IMG/VR virus record: IMGVR_UViG_3300020475_000931
Span: 1 to 28,488 of that record
Source: a virus
Lineage: Duplodnaviria; Caudoviricetes
DNA length: 28,488 nt
Reading direction: 5' to 3' (one strand)
Every line of letters begins with the position of its first letter. The stretch's first letter is position 1. This document shows, piece by piece, positions 17,346 through 27,233 of the stretch. The notes under the pieces are model-generated. The model ran no database searches. It was not told the DNA's origin and saw nothing but the letters and a program-made list of their open reading frames with translations. The position numbers and the translations under genes are program-made.

Positions 17346-17348
17346 ATA
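17342..17348 (+). promoter_or_regulatory. T4-like late promoter (CTAAATA)
   Basis: Overlaps the upstream stop codon, 23 nt before the gp8 ATG. Confidence 0.65.
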
Positions 17349-17371
17349 ACACTATCAAATTGTAGAGAATA

Positions 17372-18910
17372 ATGCCTGCGATCATTACAGATCAAATAAG
17401 AGTATTAAATGCGGAAAACTTTGTCAACGGAATTTCAACCACGACAAATAGTTATTACGTGTTTATAGGGTTGCCGAATGCCACGGAAATTAATTCAGAT
17501 TGGAATACCAATACTCCGGCACCTATTGATAACTTTGACGATCACGATAACATATACGATACACTAATATCTGCCAAGAAAATAAATTCTAGCGATGTTC
17601 TTCAAGTCATAAGAAAAATTTCTTGGACCACTGGAACAATATACGAAATGTATCGACATGATTATGATATTAATAATACAACACCACAGACTAATTCGTC
17701 GAATTTATATAACTCGAATTTTTATGTAATGAACTCAGACTTCAGAGTCTATGAGTGCATTTACAATGGAGCAAATCCAACTAATAGTGGTAAAGGAATT
17801 GCATCACTAGAAGAACCAACACATACTGATCTACAACCTAGATTAGAATCTGATGGATATCTTTGGAAGTATCTGTATACTATAAAACCAAGCGATATTG
17901 TGAAGTTTGATAGTGTGGATTATATTCCAGTCCCACAAGATTGGTTGAATAATTCCGATACTCTTGACGTAAGAAATTCTGCTGTAGACGGTAAGATTGA
18001 AACAGTAGTTATAACAGATACAACCAGTGCTGCTTATCAATTCAGTGGTACAAAGAATAATGTTCCTATCAGAGGAGATGGTCAAGATGGACTAGCATCT
18101 GTAACCTTTGTAAATGGTAAACCTACCTCTGTTCAGGTCACTAATGGTGGTTCAGGATACACTTTTGCAACATTAGATTTAGATTCAGTTGTTACAGGAT
18201 CTGGTGCAGTATTTTCAGTTATAATACCACCACCAAAAGGACATGGTGCAGACATATACACAGAACTAGGATCAAACAAGGTTCTAGTCTATTCTAGAAT
18301 AGAAAATAGTGATACAACAAATCCTGATTTTCCAGTAGGTAATCAGTTTGCTCGTATCGGAATTTTGAAGAATCCAAACATAAACGGAACTACTAATTTA
18401 CTCACTGCATCAAGTGCAAGTGGAGTATATGGTCTTCGTCTTGCAGGAGCAGCATCTAGTACTATGAGTGTATCTGTTGATGGGCAGATTACACAAACAA
18501 TAGGTATAGGATCAACTGCAGTTGGAAAGATAATATCATACGATCCAGTTACTAAATTCCTGAGATATTGGCAAGATAGATCTCTTGCTACAAATAGTTC
18601 TTCAGGTGCAAATCCCACCTACGGTTACCGTCTAAATAAGTTTACGAGCACTCCGTCAACAGGAGGTTCTATCAACGTTGTTGTAACAACAACTACAGGA
18701 ACAGAGACTGTAGGAATTGAAACCACATTCACCGGTGTATCTACATCAGTGAATTCTAAAACATATTATTTTGGACAATCCATCAATAGCGGTATTGCTT
18801 CCCCTGAGATAGAAAAATACTCTGGTGATATCATTTACATTGACAATCGACCAGAGGTGACAAGAGCACCAAATCAAAGAGAAGATATTAAAATCGTCTT
18901 AGAATTCTAA
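17372..18910 (+). CDS. gp8: Baseplate wedge subunit gp8
   Basis: MPAIITDQIRVLNA, YYVFIG, YEMYRHDY, DGYLWKYLYTI, and the C-terminal YSGDIIYIDNR...QREDIKIVLEF. Confidence 0.93.
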   Translation: MPAIITDQIRVLNAENFVNGISTTTNSYYVFIGLPNATEINSDWNTNTPAPIDNFDDHDNIYDTLISAKKINSSDVLQVIRKISWTTGTIYEMYRHDYDINNTTPQTNSSNLYNSNFYVMNSDFRVYECIYNGANPTNSGKGIASLEEPTHTDLQPRLESDGYLWKYLYTIKPSDIVKFDSVDYIPVPQDWLNNSDTLDVRNSAVDGKIETVVITDTTSAAYQFSGTKNNVPIRGDGQDGLASVTFVNGKPTSVQVTNGGSGYTFATLDLDSVVTGSGAVFSVIIPPPKGHGADIYTELGSNKVLVYSRIENSDTTNPDFPVGNQFARIGILKNPNINGTTNLLTASSASGVYGLRLAGAASSTMSVSVDGQITQTIGIGSTAVGKIISYDPVTKFLRYWQDRSLATNSSSGANPTYGYRLNKFTSTPSTGGSINVVVTTTTGTETVGIETTFTGVSTSVNSKTYYFGQSINSGIASPEIEKYSGDIIYIDNRPEVTRAPNQREDIKIVLEF

Positions 18911-18912
18911 AG

Positions 18913-21900
18913 ATGCCACAGAACACCAACCTAAACGTCAATCCATACTTCGACGATTTCGATAAGAATAGGAATTTTAACAAAGTCTTATTCAAACCCG
19001 GAACTCCTGTTCAAGCAAGAGAACTAACAACACTTCAATCTATCTTACAAGATCAGATTGAAAAATTTGGACATCATATGTTCAAAGAAGGATCCGTAGT
19101 GATACCCGGATCTGTTGCTTATGATGATCAATATTATGCTGTAAAATTAGAGTCTACATTTTTTGGTGTTCCTGTAGAGTCATATTTTGATAAATTAGTT
19201 GGATTAGTAATAAAAGGTAAATCATCTGGTGTAACCGCCATAGTTAAGAGTGTTCTAAAGGCATCAAAGTCCACTCAAAACTGCACTACAATATATGTAA
19301 AATATAGAGCAGCAAACGCTAATGACCAAACAACGCAAACTTTTCAGGACGGAGAAAATCTCGTCACTTTATCTGATTTTACTTTTGGTAGCACTACTAC
19401 TACTGCAGGGTCGGATTTTGCAACTTGTATTCTAAAGAATGCTACATCAACAGGATCAGCATTTACTGTTGTTGAGGGTGTATTCTTTGCTCGTGGTGCC
19501 TTTATACAGGTAGAAACAGAAACTATAGTATTAGATCAGTATAGTAATAATCCATCATACAGAGTTGGGTTTCAAGTTGTTGAAGAAATTATAACTGCAG
19601 TAGAAGATGATTCATTATATGACAATGCTGCAGGATTTAGTAATTATACAGCACCCGGTGCTGACAGACTCAAAATTAGTCTAAAATTATCTAAGAAACC
19701 ATTAGATAATTTTCAAGATGAAAACTTTATTGAACTCTTCAGAACCAATAAAGGTGAAATTAAGAAAATTGAAGTAAGAACCGTATATAGTGAAATAGCA
19801 AAAGAACTTGCTAGAAGAACGTTTGATGAAAGTGGAGATTATTTTGTAACACCATTTTCCTTTGAATCTAAAGAAAGTCTGAATGATAGATACTCACAAT
19901 TTGGTGTATTCTTCCCAGAAGAAACTACTGATGATACTAATACTCCATCTAAAGATATTGTAAGTATCAAAGTTGGACCCGGAAAAGCATATGTCAAAGG
20001 TTATGAAGTAGAAACATTTGGAGCATCATTTGTAGATTCTAAAAAACCTAGAGAAACAGAATCAGTAGAGTCCTCCACAGTTCCCTTTCAATCAGGAAAT
20101 CTTATAAGACTCAACAATGTATATGGTGGTGCTAGTGTCGGTATAGCAACAACAGGATATGTTGATCTAAGAAGTGATAGACTAGGCACTGATAGAGATG
20201 AACCCACAGGTCAATCAATCGGTAGAGCAAGAGTATATGATTTCAAACTATCTGCAGGAGCATATTCAAATACCACATCTAATTTTGATCTATTCTTATT
20301 CGATATTCAAACAGACACCGAGATTACTCTTAATAATACCCTAGCAATATCAGCACCTGCATTAGTAGAAGGTAAAAGATCTGGTGCAAAAGGATTTTTG
20401 AGATCTCAGACAGGTAATATCTTAGCGTTACATCAAACTGCAGGTCAGTTTATTCAAGATGAAGCGATTACTGTTGATGGTATTGATAATGGTAGAATTA
20501 TAACAAAGGTCACAGAATTTGGTATAAATGATGTTCACTCCATCAGACAGGAAGTTGGTGTTCAAACATTCAGTGGTGATACAGTTCTAGAACCTAGAAT
20601 TGTATTTGGTGGACAGTCATTCAACTTTACTGCTGCAGCAGCAAGTAAGTCAACTGTATCATCATCTTCAAATTCATGGACAGTTGGAATACAAACAGGA
20701 GACATCATTCAATATAACAGATCTGGTATTACTGGAACTGTATTGAATAGAGTCAAGACTGTTTCTCCTACAGGAACAAGTATTGAAGTTGAAGCAGTTG
20801 CTAACGTAAGTGATGTATGTACAGGATCTATTCCTACAGGAGCAATCAACGTTTCAGGATTGAGTGTAGTATCTCCAATCATTAGAAATTCACAGAGTGG
20901 ATTCTTGTTTGCAGATATGCCTGATAGTAATGTAGAATCTGTTGATCTTACACGTTCGGATATATTTGTAAGAGGTGAACTTAGAGGAAGAACAATAAAT
21001 TCATTAGGAACATTAGATCTACCCACTCTAAGTGGAACAGATTTTGTGTATTCACCATTTGATGAAGAGAGATATACAGTATTATATGAAGATGGCACCA
21101 TTGAACCTCTTACAACAGATCAGTTTGTAATAACTGGTGGTGGTAAGGGTGTAACCTTGAGTGGATTATCTGCAAGCAAGAATAATGTAGTTGTTCATGT
21201 AACCAAGCAGAAAACAAAAGTAGTAGCGAAAGATAAAGATCTACAACGTTGTGAAAATATAGTTGTAAATGGATCAAAATATAATTATTCGGGTGTGTCA
21301 ACTTCTATAGGTGATGGACTGACTTACAATCTTGCATATGGTAAGAGAGTTCAAGACAGAGAAATATCTTTAGACACTGCTGACGTTGTGAGAGTTCGTG
21401 CTGTATTTGAATCATCATCTAATGCTGATCCAACAATACCATCACTCACATTTACAGGTTTGAATGGACCCAATACTAATAACTCAGATCTTATCAAGGG
21501 TGAATCTGTAATAGGAAAAGTTTCGGGTGCATCTGCATTGATTTTAGGCACCACTGGTACACAGTCTGCATTCATCAAGAGTAGTAATGAAGGCAACTTT
21601 ATAGAGGGTGAAGAGATTTACTTTACTGAAAGTAAAGTTGGTGGTAAAATCAATTCCTTAACATTAGGCGATAAAGAAATAAGTGCAAACTTTATATTAG
21701 ATAATGGTCAGAGAGCAGAATTCTATGACTTTGGTAGATTGGTAAGAAGACAGGGTGCCCCTGAACCATCAGCAAGAATCAAAGTATTTTTTGATAAATT
21801 TGTAATAAATTCTCAAGATAGTGGAGAAATCATAACAGCAAGTAGTTATGATTCAGATGTATATGATATTGTTCCTAGCTTTAGAGGAAAAAGAAACACT

Positions 21901-24900
21901 GATGTTGTTGATATCAGACCAAGAGTAGCAGATTATTCTGGTTCATTATCACCATTTGAATGGGGTTCAAGAATATTTTCTGGGTCTGGACAATCAATAA
22001 CAAATGTTCTCGTATCTGATGAGAATATCACATTTGATTATAAGTATTATCTTGGTAGAGTAGACAGACTATTCTTGAATAGTGATTCTACTTTCACACT
22101 TGTTGAGGGCAATCCTTCTAGAGCACCTCAATTACCTGAAGCAATCGACAGTTCATTTGAATTAGCAGAAATTACATATGCTCCATATGTGTTTGATGTG
22201 AATAGAGACATCACTATTGAAACAAAAATGAATAAGAGATACACCATGAGAGATATTGGTGCTATCGAGAAGAGAATTGAGAATGTAGAATTTGCAACTT
22301 CATTATCATTATTGGAAGCAAAAACTGAAGCATTAGTTGTCAAAGATCCAGATACAGGATTAGACAGTTTCAAAACTGGTTTTGCTGTGGATAACTTCAA
22401 TACTTTTGCTCTAGCAGATACTACTTTACCAGAATTGAAATATGATATAGAGGATGGTACTGCTGTGGCAAGAGCAAACTATGATGCTATTGATCTACTC
22501 ATTGGATCTGAATCATTGATTGGTCTGTCAGGTGTTCCTAACAATGCAGTTGATGTTAGATATGCAACTGACTTAGGTTCTCAAAATGTGACTAAAAAAG
22601 GATCTAAAGTCATGCTGAATTATACAGAAGTTTTAGATTTTGATCAACCATTTGCAAGTAGAGTTGTAAATGTAAACCCATATGATGTTGTCACATGGCT
22701 TGGTAAGATGTTTATCAATCCAACACAGGACGTATGGGTAGAAAGAGAGTTCAAGAGTTTTGATGGTGGATTCGGCAGCACTGAAGTTATTACAGAAACT
22801 ACATCAATACCAAATCTTAGATCACAGAACATTGCGTTTACAGGATACAGACTAAAACCCGGAACTAAGTTCTATAGTTCTTTCTCTAGAACTGATATGT
22901 CAGATAACAGAAATTTGACAGTTCCAAAACTGATTGAAGTTACACCAGTCAAGGGTGCATTCCAAGTTGGTGAAACTGTAACAGGTAAGTTACTCAACAA
23001 TCAAAATTCTAATACAGTTCCTGAAATAAGATTCCGTGTTGCAACACCTAATCATAAAGATGGTCCATATAATGCTCCAACTTTAGTATATGAATCAAGT
23101 CCTTATGACGGTGCCGGTATATCATCTTCTTATAGTGATACAAGCATACTTATAAACGTTGATACTAATAGTTTGAATCAGAAATCTGATGAAAGATTTT
23201 TTGGTAATATTGTCAAAGATATGAGACTTGTTGGTGAAACAAGTAATGCAGAAGCACAAGTCAAAGAAGTCAGATTGATCTCTGATCAATTTGGTGCATT
23301 ATTAGGATCTATTCATATTCCTACTGGTAATCCTAACTTTACTAATGGAAGCAATACTGTTGGTTTGAGTGCTGCTAAAGGAGAGGTAAAACAAGTTCCC
23401 GGATCGTTACCTATAAGTAAGGCATATGCAAACTTCTTCTCCAAAGGAGATTTGATTACACAGACTACGATAAACCGAATAGCACCTCCACCTCCTCCAC
23501 CACCACCACCCGAAAATGATGATGATCCACTAGCACAGTCATTCCGAGTGACTGAGAATCCCGGAATATTCTTGACATCTATGGATGTATTCTTCTTCTC
23601 GAAGAGTAATACTATCCCTATTGAATTAAGATTAGTACATTTAGAGAATGGATATCCAACAACTCGTATAATAGATAGTAAGGTTCTAGAACCAAGTCAG
23701 GTCAGTATATCTGACGATGGAACAGTACCAACTAACTTCCAATTTGATTGCCCAGTATATGTTGTTGAAGGAGAATATGCTTTAGTTCTCCTAGCATCTA
23801 CTCAAGAGTATCAAGCATGGATATCTCGTGTAGGTGAAGATGATATTACCACTCGTAATAATCCAGAACTCGGAAAGGTTGTTATTAGTAAACAACCATC
23901 TTTAGGTTCACTATTCAAGTCACAAAACGCATCTACTTGGACTGCATCTCAATTAGAAGATCTCAAGTATAAAGCGTATAAGGCAAAGTTTATAACTGGT
24001 CAAGGTACATTCAAGATGTACAATCCAGAGTTACAAACATTCAATCAAAGAAACCTACTACCTTCTAATCCAATAGAAGTATTTGATAAGAAAGTTACCG
24101 TTGGTCTCTCTTCTGATTTGAAGAATCCAAACATTGTTGTTGGTACACAAATCAAACAAAACAATAGAACATCTAGTGGTTTTGTTGAAGGTAAATTAGG
24201 TGCTGTTGGTGCAGCAAATACTGGATTCAGTATTACTAATGCAGGTATTGGTTACTCTAATACAACCTTCGGTGCTGTGAACTTCACAACCTTGACTGGT
24301 AATGGATCTGGTGCAACAGGTATCGTTACTGTATCAGGTGGTACTGCAGATAGTGTATGTGTTCTAAACACAGGATCTGGATATCAAGTTGGTGATACTG
24401 TAACTGCTACTCTTGGAAGTAACGATCTCGGTAGAAACTTGATATTGACAGTTGGTGTTGTAACATCCACTAATGCATTGAAATTGACAGGTGTAACAGG
24501 ACAAGACTTCAATGCATCTGAACTTATACAGTATGTCCCATCAGGAGGATCAGGAGTTGGTTTAGGATCAACACTTGCATCTATTACTCTAACAAGTGTG
24601 ACTATCAACTCTGATGAGTTTGATGGAAAGCATATTAGAGTTTCTCATCCTAATCATGGTATGCATGCCTTCAATAACAAAGTCGAAATGACCCGTATTG
24701 AAGGAGATACTATACCAACAAATATCACTGTTGGTTATGGTGCTAGTTCGATTCAAAATATTAGTATTGCATCTTCTGCAAACTTCAACATTTTTGAAGG
24801 ATCACAGGTATCCACTACAAATCCCGGATTTGCATTGGTTGCTAATGAAATTATTGCTTACACTGGTGTGGGTAATAATATATTGACTGGTATTACAACA

Positions 24901-25920
24901 AGAGGAGTTGATGGTACAACAACTCAATCATTCTTACCCGGAACACCTATTCAAAAGTATGAATTCAAGGGTGTCTCACTTAGAGAGATCAACAAAGAGC
25001 ATAGTTTTGCTGATGTTACAAATACTATCACAGAGAAGATTGGTTTAGATCATTACTTCCTGAAGGTTGGTGGTACAAAGTCATTCACATCACACTCACT
25101 TGGTGGTGGATTAAATGCAAGAGCGTCACAAAATATTCAGTTTGAATCAATGGTTCCAAACTTGAGTCACATTTTACCTAATGATACAACCATAAATGCT
25201 AGTGCAAGAACTACATCTGGTACAAGTATTAGTGGTAGTGAAACATCATTCCAAGATCGTGGTTACCAACCAGTGTCTCTTACTGGTCTAACTGAGTTTG
25301 CTAACCCCCGAATCATTGCATCTAGAGTCAATGAGGTAGACAAACTAAGTAGTTTGCCGGGTGCTAAATCATTTACACTTGATGTGACTATCAGTAGCAC
25401 AAATGAAGATGTGTCACCTGTGGTTGATGTCTTTGATAGTAATATCACGATAAAATCAAATAAGGTAAATGCACCAATAACCAATTACACCACTGATAGA
25501 AGATCTAACACATTACTTGAAGATCCTCATACATTCTCATATGTAACATCTGTAATTGAATTAGAGAATCCTGCAAGTTCATTGAAGGTCATTCTTGCTG
25601 CATTCAAACCCGGAACTTCTGACATCAGAGTTCTTTACAGATTGAGAAGAGCAGATGGTTCTGACGTTGATAAGGTATTTGAACTAATGCCCGGATTCAA
25701 TAACATTGATATCAATGGTAAGGTTATAGATGGTAAGAACAACGATGGTAGATCTGATAGACAGATAAGTAATAGTGTGGCAGGACAGTTCTTAGAACAT
25801 CAGTTCACAGCGAACAGTCTTCCTCAGTTTAGTGGTTATCAAATAAAGGTTGAAGTAATTTCAACTAATCAGGCACAATCCCCAAGCATTCGTGACTTTA
25901 GAGTAATCGCTTTGGCGTAG
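18913..25920 (+). CDS. Large virion structural protein (DUF4815/VrlC-like)
   Basis: NLNVNPYFDDFD...KVLFKPG.PVQARELTTLQSILQ.Q N-terminus, APGADRLKI, LARRTFDESGDY, FKTGFAVDNF, DPLAQSF, SLFKSQNASTW. Standard position after gp8 in cyanomyoviruses. Confidence 0.88.
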   Translation: MPQNTNLNVNPYFDDFDKNRNFNKVLFKPGTPVQARELTTLQSILQDQIEKFGHHMFKEGSVVIPGSVAYDDQYYAVKLESTFFGVPVESYFDKLVGLVIKGKSSGVTAIVKSVLKASKSTQNCTTIYVKYRAANANDQTTQTFQDGENLVTLSDFTFGSTTTTAGSDFATCILKNATSTGSAFTVVEGVFFARGAFIQVETETIVLDQYSNNPSYRVGFQVVEEIITAVEDDSLYDNAAGFSNYTAPGADRLKISLKLSKKPLDNFQDENFIELFRTNKGEIKKIEVRTVYSEIAKELARRTFDESGDYFVTPFSFESKESLNDRYSQFGVFFPEETTDDTNTPSKDIVSIKVGPGKAYVKGYEVETFGASFVDSKKPRETESVESSTVPFQSGNLIRLNNVYGGASVGIATTGYVDLRSDRLGTDRDEPTGQSIGRARVYDFKLSAGAYSNTTSNFDLFLFDIQTDTEITLNNTLAISAPALVEGKRSGAKGFLRSQTGNILALHQTAGQFIQDEAITVDGIDNGRIITKVTEFGINDVHSIRQEVGVQTFSGDTVLEPRIVFGGQSFNFTAAAASKSTVSSSSNSWTVGIQTGDIIQYNRSGITGTVLNRVKTVSPTGTSIEVEAVANVSDVCTGSIPTGAINVSGLSVVSPIIRNSQSGFLFADMPDSNVESVDLTRSDIFVRGELRGRTINSLGTLDLPTLSGTDFVYSPFDEERYTVLYEDGTIEPLTTDQFVITGGGKGVTLSGLSASKNNVVVHVTKQKTKVVAKDKDLQRCENIVVNGSKYNYSGVSTSIGDGLTYNLAYGKRVQDREISLDTADVVRVRAVFESSSNADPTIPSLTFTGLNGPNTNNSDLIKGESVIGKVSGASALILGTTGTQSAFIKSSNEGNFIEGEEIYFTESKVGGKINSLTLGDKEISANFILDNGQRAEFYDFGRLVRRQGAPEPSARIKVFFDKFVINSQDSGEIITASSYDSDVYDIVPSFRGKRNTDVVDIRPRVADYSGSLSPFEWGSRIFSGSGQSITNVLVSDENITFDYKYYLGRVDRLFLNSDSTFTLVEGNPSRAPQLPEAIDSSFELAEITYAPYVFDVNRDITIETKMNKRYTMRDIGAIEKRIENVEFATSLSLLEAKTEALVVKDPDTGLDSFKTGFAVDNFNTFALADTTLPELKYDIEDGTAVARANYDAIDLLIGSESLIGLSGVPNNAVDVRYATDLGSQNVTKKGSKVMLNYTEVLDFDQPFASRVVNVNPYDVVTWLGKMFINPTQDVWVEREFKSFDGGFGSTEVITETTSIPNLRSQNIAFTGYRLKPGTKFYSSFSRTDMSDNRNLTVPKLIEVTPVKGAFQVGETVTGKLLNNQNSNTVPEIRFRVATPNHKDGPYNAPTLVYESSPYDGAGISSSYSDTSILINVDTNSLNQKSDERFFGNIVKDMRLVGETSNAEAQVKEVRLISDQFGALLGSIHIPTGNPNFTNGSNTVGLSAAKGEVKQVPGSLPISKAYANFFSKGDLITQTTINRIAPPPPPPPPPENDDDPLAQSFRVTENPGIFLTSMDVFFFSKSNTIPIELRLVHLENGYPTTRIIDSKVLEPSQVSISDDGTVPTNFQFDCPVYVVEGEYALVLLASTQEYQAWISRVGEDDITTRNNPELGKVVISKQPSLGSLFKSQNASTWTASQLEDLKYKAYKAKFITGQGTFKMYNPELQTFNQRNLLPSNPIEVFDKKVTVGLSSDLKNPNIVVGTQIKQNNRTSSGFVEGKLGAVGAANTGFSITNAGIGYSNTTFGAVNFTTLTGNGSGATGIVTVSGGTADSVCVLNTGSGYQVGDTVTATLGSNDLGRNLILTVGVVTSTNALKLTGVTGQDFNASELIQYVPSGGSGVGLGSTLASITLTSVTINSDEFDGKHIRVSHPNHGMHAFNNKVEMTRIEGDTIPTNITVGYGASSIQNISIASSANFNIFEGSQVSTTNPGFALVANEIIAYTGVGNNILTGITTRGVDGTTTQSFLPGTPIQKYEFKGVSLREINKEHSFADVTNTITEKIGLDHYFLKVGGTKSFTSHSLGGGLNARASQNIQFESMVPNLSHILPNDTTINASARTTSGTSISGSETSFQDRGYQPVSLTGLTEFANPRIIASRVNEVDKLSSLPGAKSFTLDVTISSTNEDVSPVVDVFDSNITIKSNKVNAPITNYTTDRRSNTLLEDPHTFSYVTSVIELENPASSLKVILAAFKPGTSDIRVLYRLRRADGSDVDKVFELMPGFNNIDINGKVIDGKNNDGRSDRQISNSVAGQFLEHQFTANSLPQFSGYQIKVEVISTNQAQSPSIRDFRVIALA

Positions 25921-26111
25921 TGAAATTCCCAACACTACAATACTTAATAAGAAGATACTTTCGTCTTCCTCGTAAGAAATTGTGGATTGCTGCATTAAAA
26001 CTTAATCGTGCTCCAGTTATATGGTGGGACGAAAAAGTGGAAGCAGAAAGGAATAAAGAAAAACTACGTCAAAAGCGAATCAACTCTCTATACCCTAATG
26101 ACAAAAAATGA
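25920..26111 (+). CDS. Small basic hypothetical protein
   Basis: GTG start overlapping the upstream stop; ATGA overlap with the next gene. Confidence 0.6.
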   Translation: MKFPTLQYLIRRYFRLPRKKLWIAALKLNRAPVIWWDEKVEAERNKEKLRQKRINSLYPNDKK

Positions 26112-26365
26112 TTAATGCATGGAGTTTAGCAGCAGAAGTTCTTGAGGGAACTTTAGATGAAACTTATCCAATTATGAAAAAAGCACCTATCAACGATCGT
26201 GACGATCTAAAAAGAGATTTAGATACTGGAGCGATCGTCAACACAGATACCATATATTATGAAAAATATATGGCAGAAAAGAACAGGGTCAAAACACAAC
26301 GGAATGAAATCACCGAACTGAGAGCAGAGATAGAACTGCTCAAAGCGTTGATACGTGATAAATAA
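26108..26365 (+). CDS. Small conserved coiled-coil protein
   Basis: RDLDTGAIVNTD motif plus a C-terminal heptad helix (EITELRAEIELLKALI), typical of the gene following the DUF4815 protein. Alternative start at 26174. Confidence 0.75.
   Translation: MINAWSLAAEVLEGTLDETYPIMKKAPINDRDDLKRDLDTGAIVNTDTIYYEKYMAEKNRVKTQRNEITELRAEIELLKALIRDK
26358..26364 (+). promoter_or_regulatory. T4-like late promoter (ATAAATA)
   Basis: Overlaps the stop codon, 20 nt before ATG 26385. Confidence 0.65.
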
Positions 26366-26384
26366 TCTTAGTATATAAGGTATA

Positions 26385-26747
26385 ATGGCAGTTCCAACAG
26401 TCAATTTAGTAATTGAACAGGGCACTGACTTCTCAAGGACCTACTCCTTGAAGAAGGCAGATAATACCCCATTGGATCTAACGTTCTATACTTTTGAAGC
26501 ACATATGATCAAAAGTCGTTCTTCTGTTACTAGAGGAATGGAGAATAATATGATCAGCATGGGAACAACCTTTGGCAATAATCCCTCAAACGGACAACTT
26601 ACTGTATCATTTGCAGCGACAATGACCTCAGTGGGTATTCTTACAGCAGGAAGATATGATTATGATATTGTTGTACAAAATACTAATAACAATAAAAAAA
26701 CAAAGGTAATTCAAGGTCAAGCATTAGTAAATGGCACCGCTATCTAA
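26385..26747 (+). CDS. Small virion structural protein (beta-sandwich, adaptor-like)
   Basis: NLVIEQGTDF...PLDLT.Y...GRYDYDIVV...KVIQGQALV pattern common in cyanophage tail-region genes. Confidence 0.75.
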   Translation: MAVPTVNLVIEQGTDFSRTYSLKKADNTPLDLTFYTFEAHMIKSRSSVTRGMENNMISMGTTFGNNPSNGQLTVSFAATMTSVGILTAGRYDYDIVVQNTNNNKKTKVIQGQALVNGTAI

Positions 26748-27160
26748 TGGCAGAAGACATCCAAGTATTTGTAGTCGAATCAGATTCTGATTTCGTCGCG
26801 TCTATCACAGTAGACGACAATAATGTAGCAGATACAAATATCACTGGTGATGGTGTCGGAGACCTTATAGTACAATTTGTAGACTCAGTATCAGGATTAG
26901 GATCAGTGTCAAATTTAAGAGACCTAGGAGATGTAGATGTTACAGCAATACCTTCAGGATCATCTGCAGGAGACAAGTTTGTATTAACATTCGATGCATC
27001 AAACAATAAATTCACATTTGTAAATCCAGATGCAGTTGTAGATGCTGCAGTGGGAGCAGGAACAACATTCCCTCAACCTGCAGGAATTTCTTCAGCAGCA
27101 ATAGACTACTTAGATACAGCATTAGACGATAAGATAGATTTAGACGCAGGAACATTCTAG
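26747..27160 (+). CDS. Acidic tail-region structural protein
   Basis: LRDLGDVD motif, VLTFDASNNKF and C-terminal IDLDAGTF. TAATG-coupled to the previous gene. Confidence 0.7.
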   Translation: MAEDIQVFVVESDSDFVASITVDDNNVADTNITGDGVGDLIVQFVDSVSGLGSVSNLRDLGDVDVTAIPSGSSAGDKFVLTFDASNNKFTFVNPDAVVDAAVGAGTTFPQPAGISSAAIDYLDTALDDKIDLDAGTF

Positions 27161-27182
27161 GTATAGTTACTAGGTATAGTTA
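27157..27182. repeat. Perfect 13-bp tandem direct repeat (CTAGGTATAGTTA)x2
   Basis: Copies at 27157-27169 and 27170-27182, followed by T8. Confidence 0.9.
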
Positions 27183-27191
27183 TTTTTTTTA

Positions 27192-27198
27192 ATAAATA
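27192..27198 (+). promoter_or_regulatory. T4-like late promoter (ATAAATA)
   Basis: Intergenic, 35 nt upstream of the fibre ATG. Confidence 0.7.
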
Positions 27199-27233
27199 CT
27201 AAGGAAGAAAACACTATAACTTAATCAAAAAAC

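Noticed and set aside
6040-25920. Inteins or introns in the giant structural genes
   Set aside because: I saw no C...HN-[CST] splice motifs, LAGLIDADG blocks or frame interruptions.
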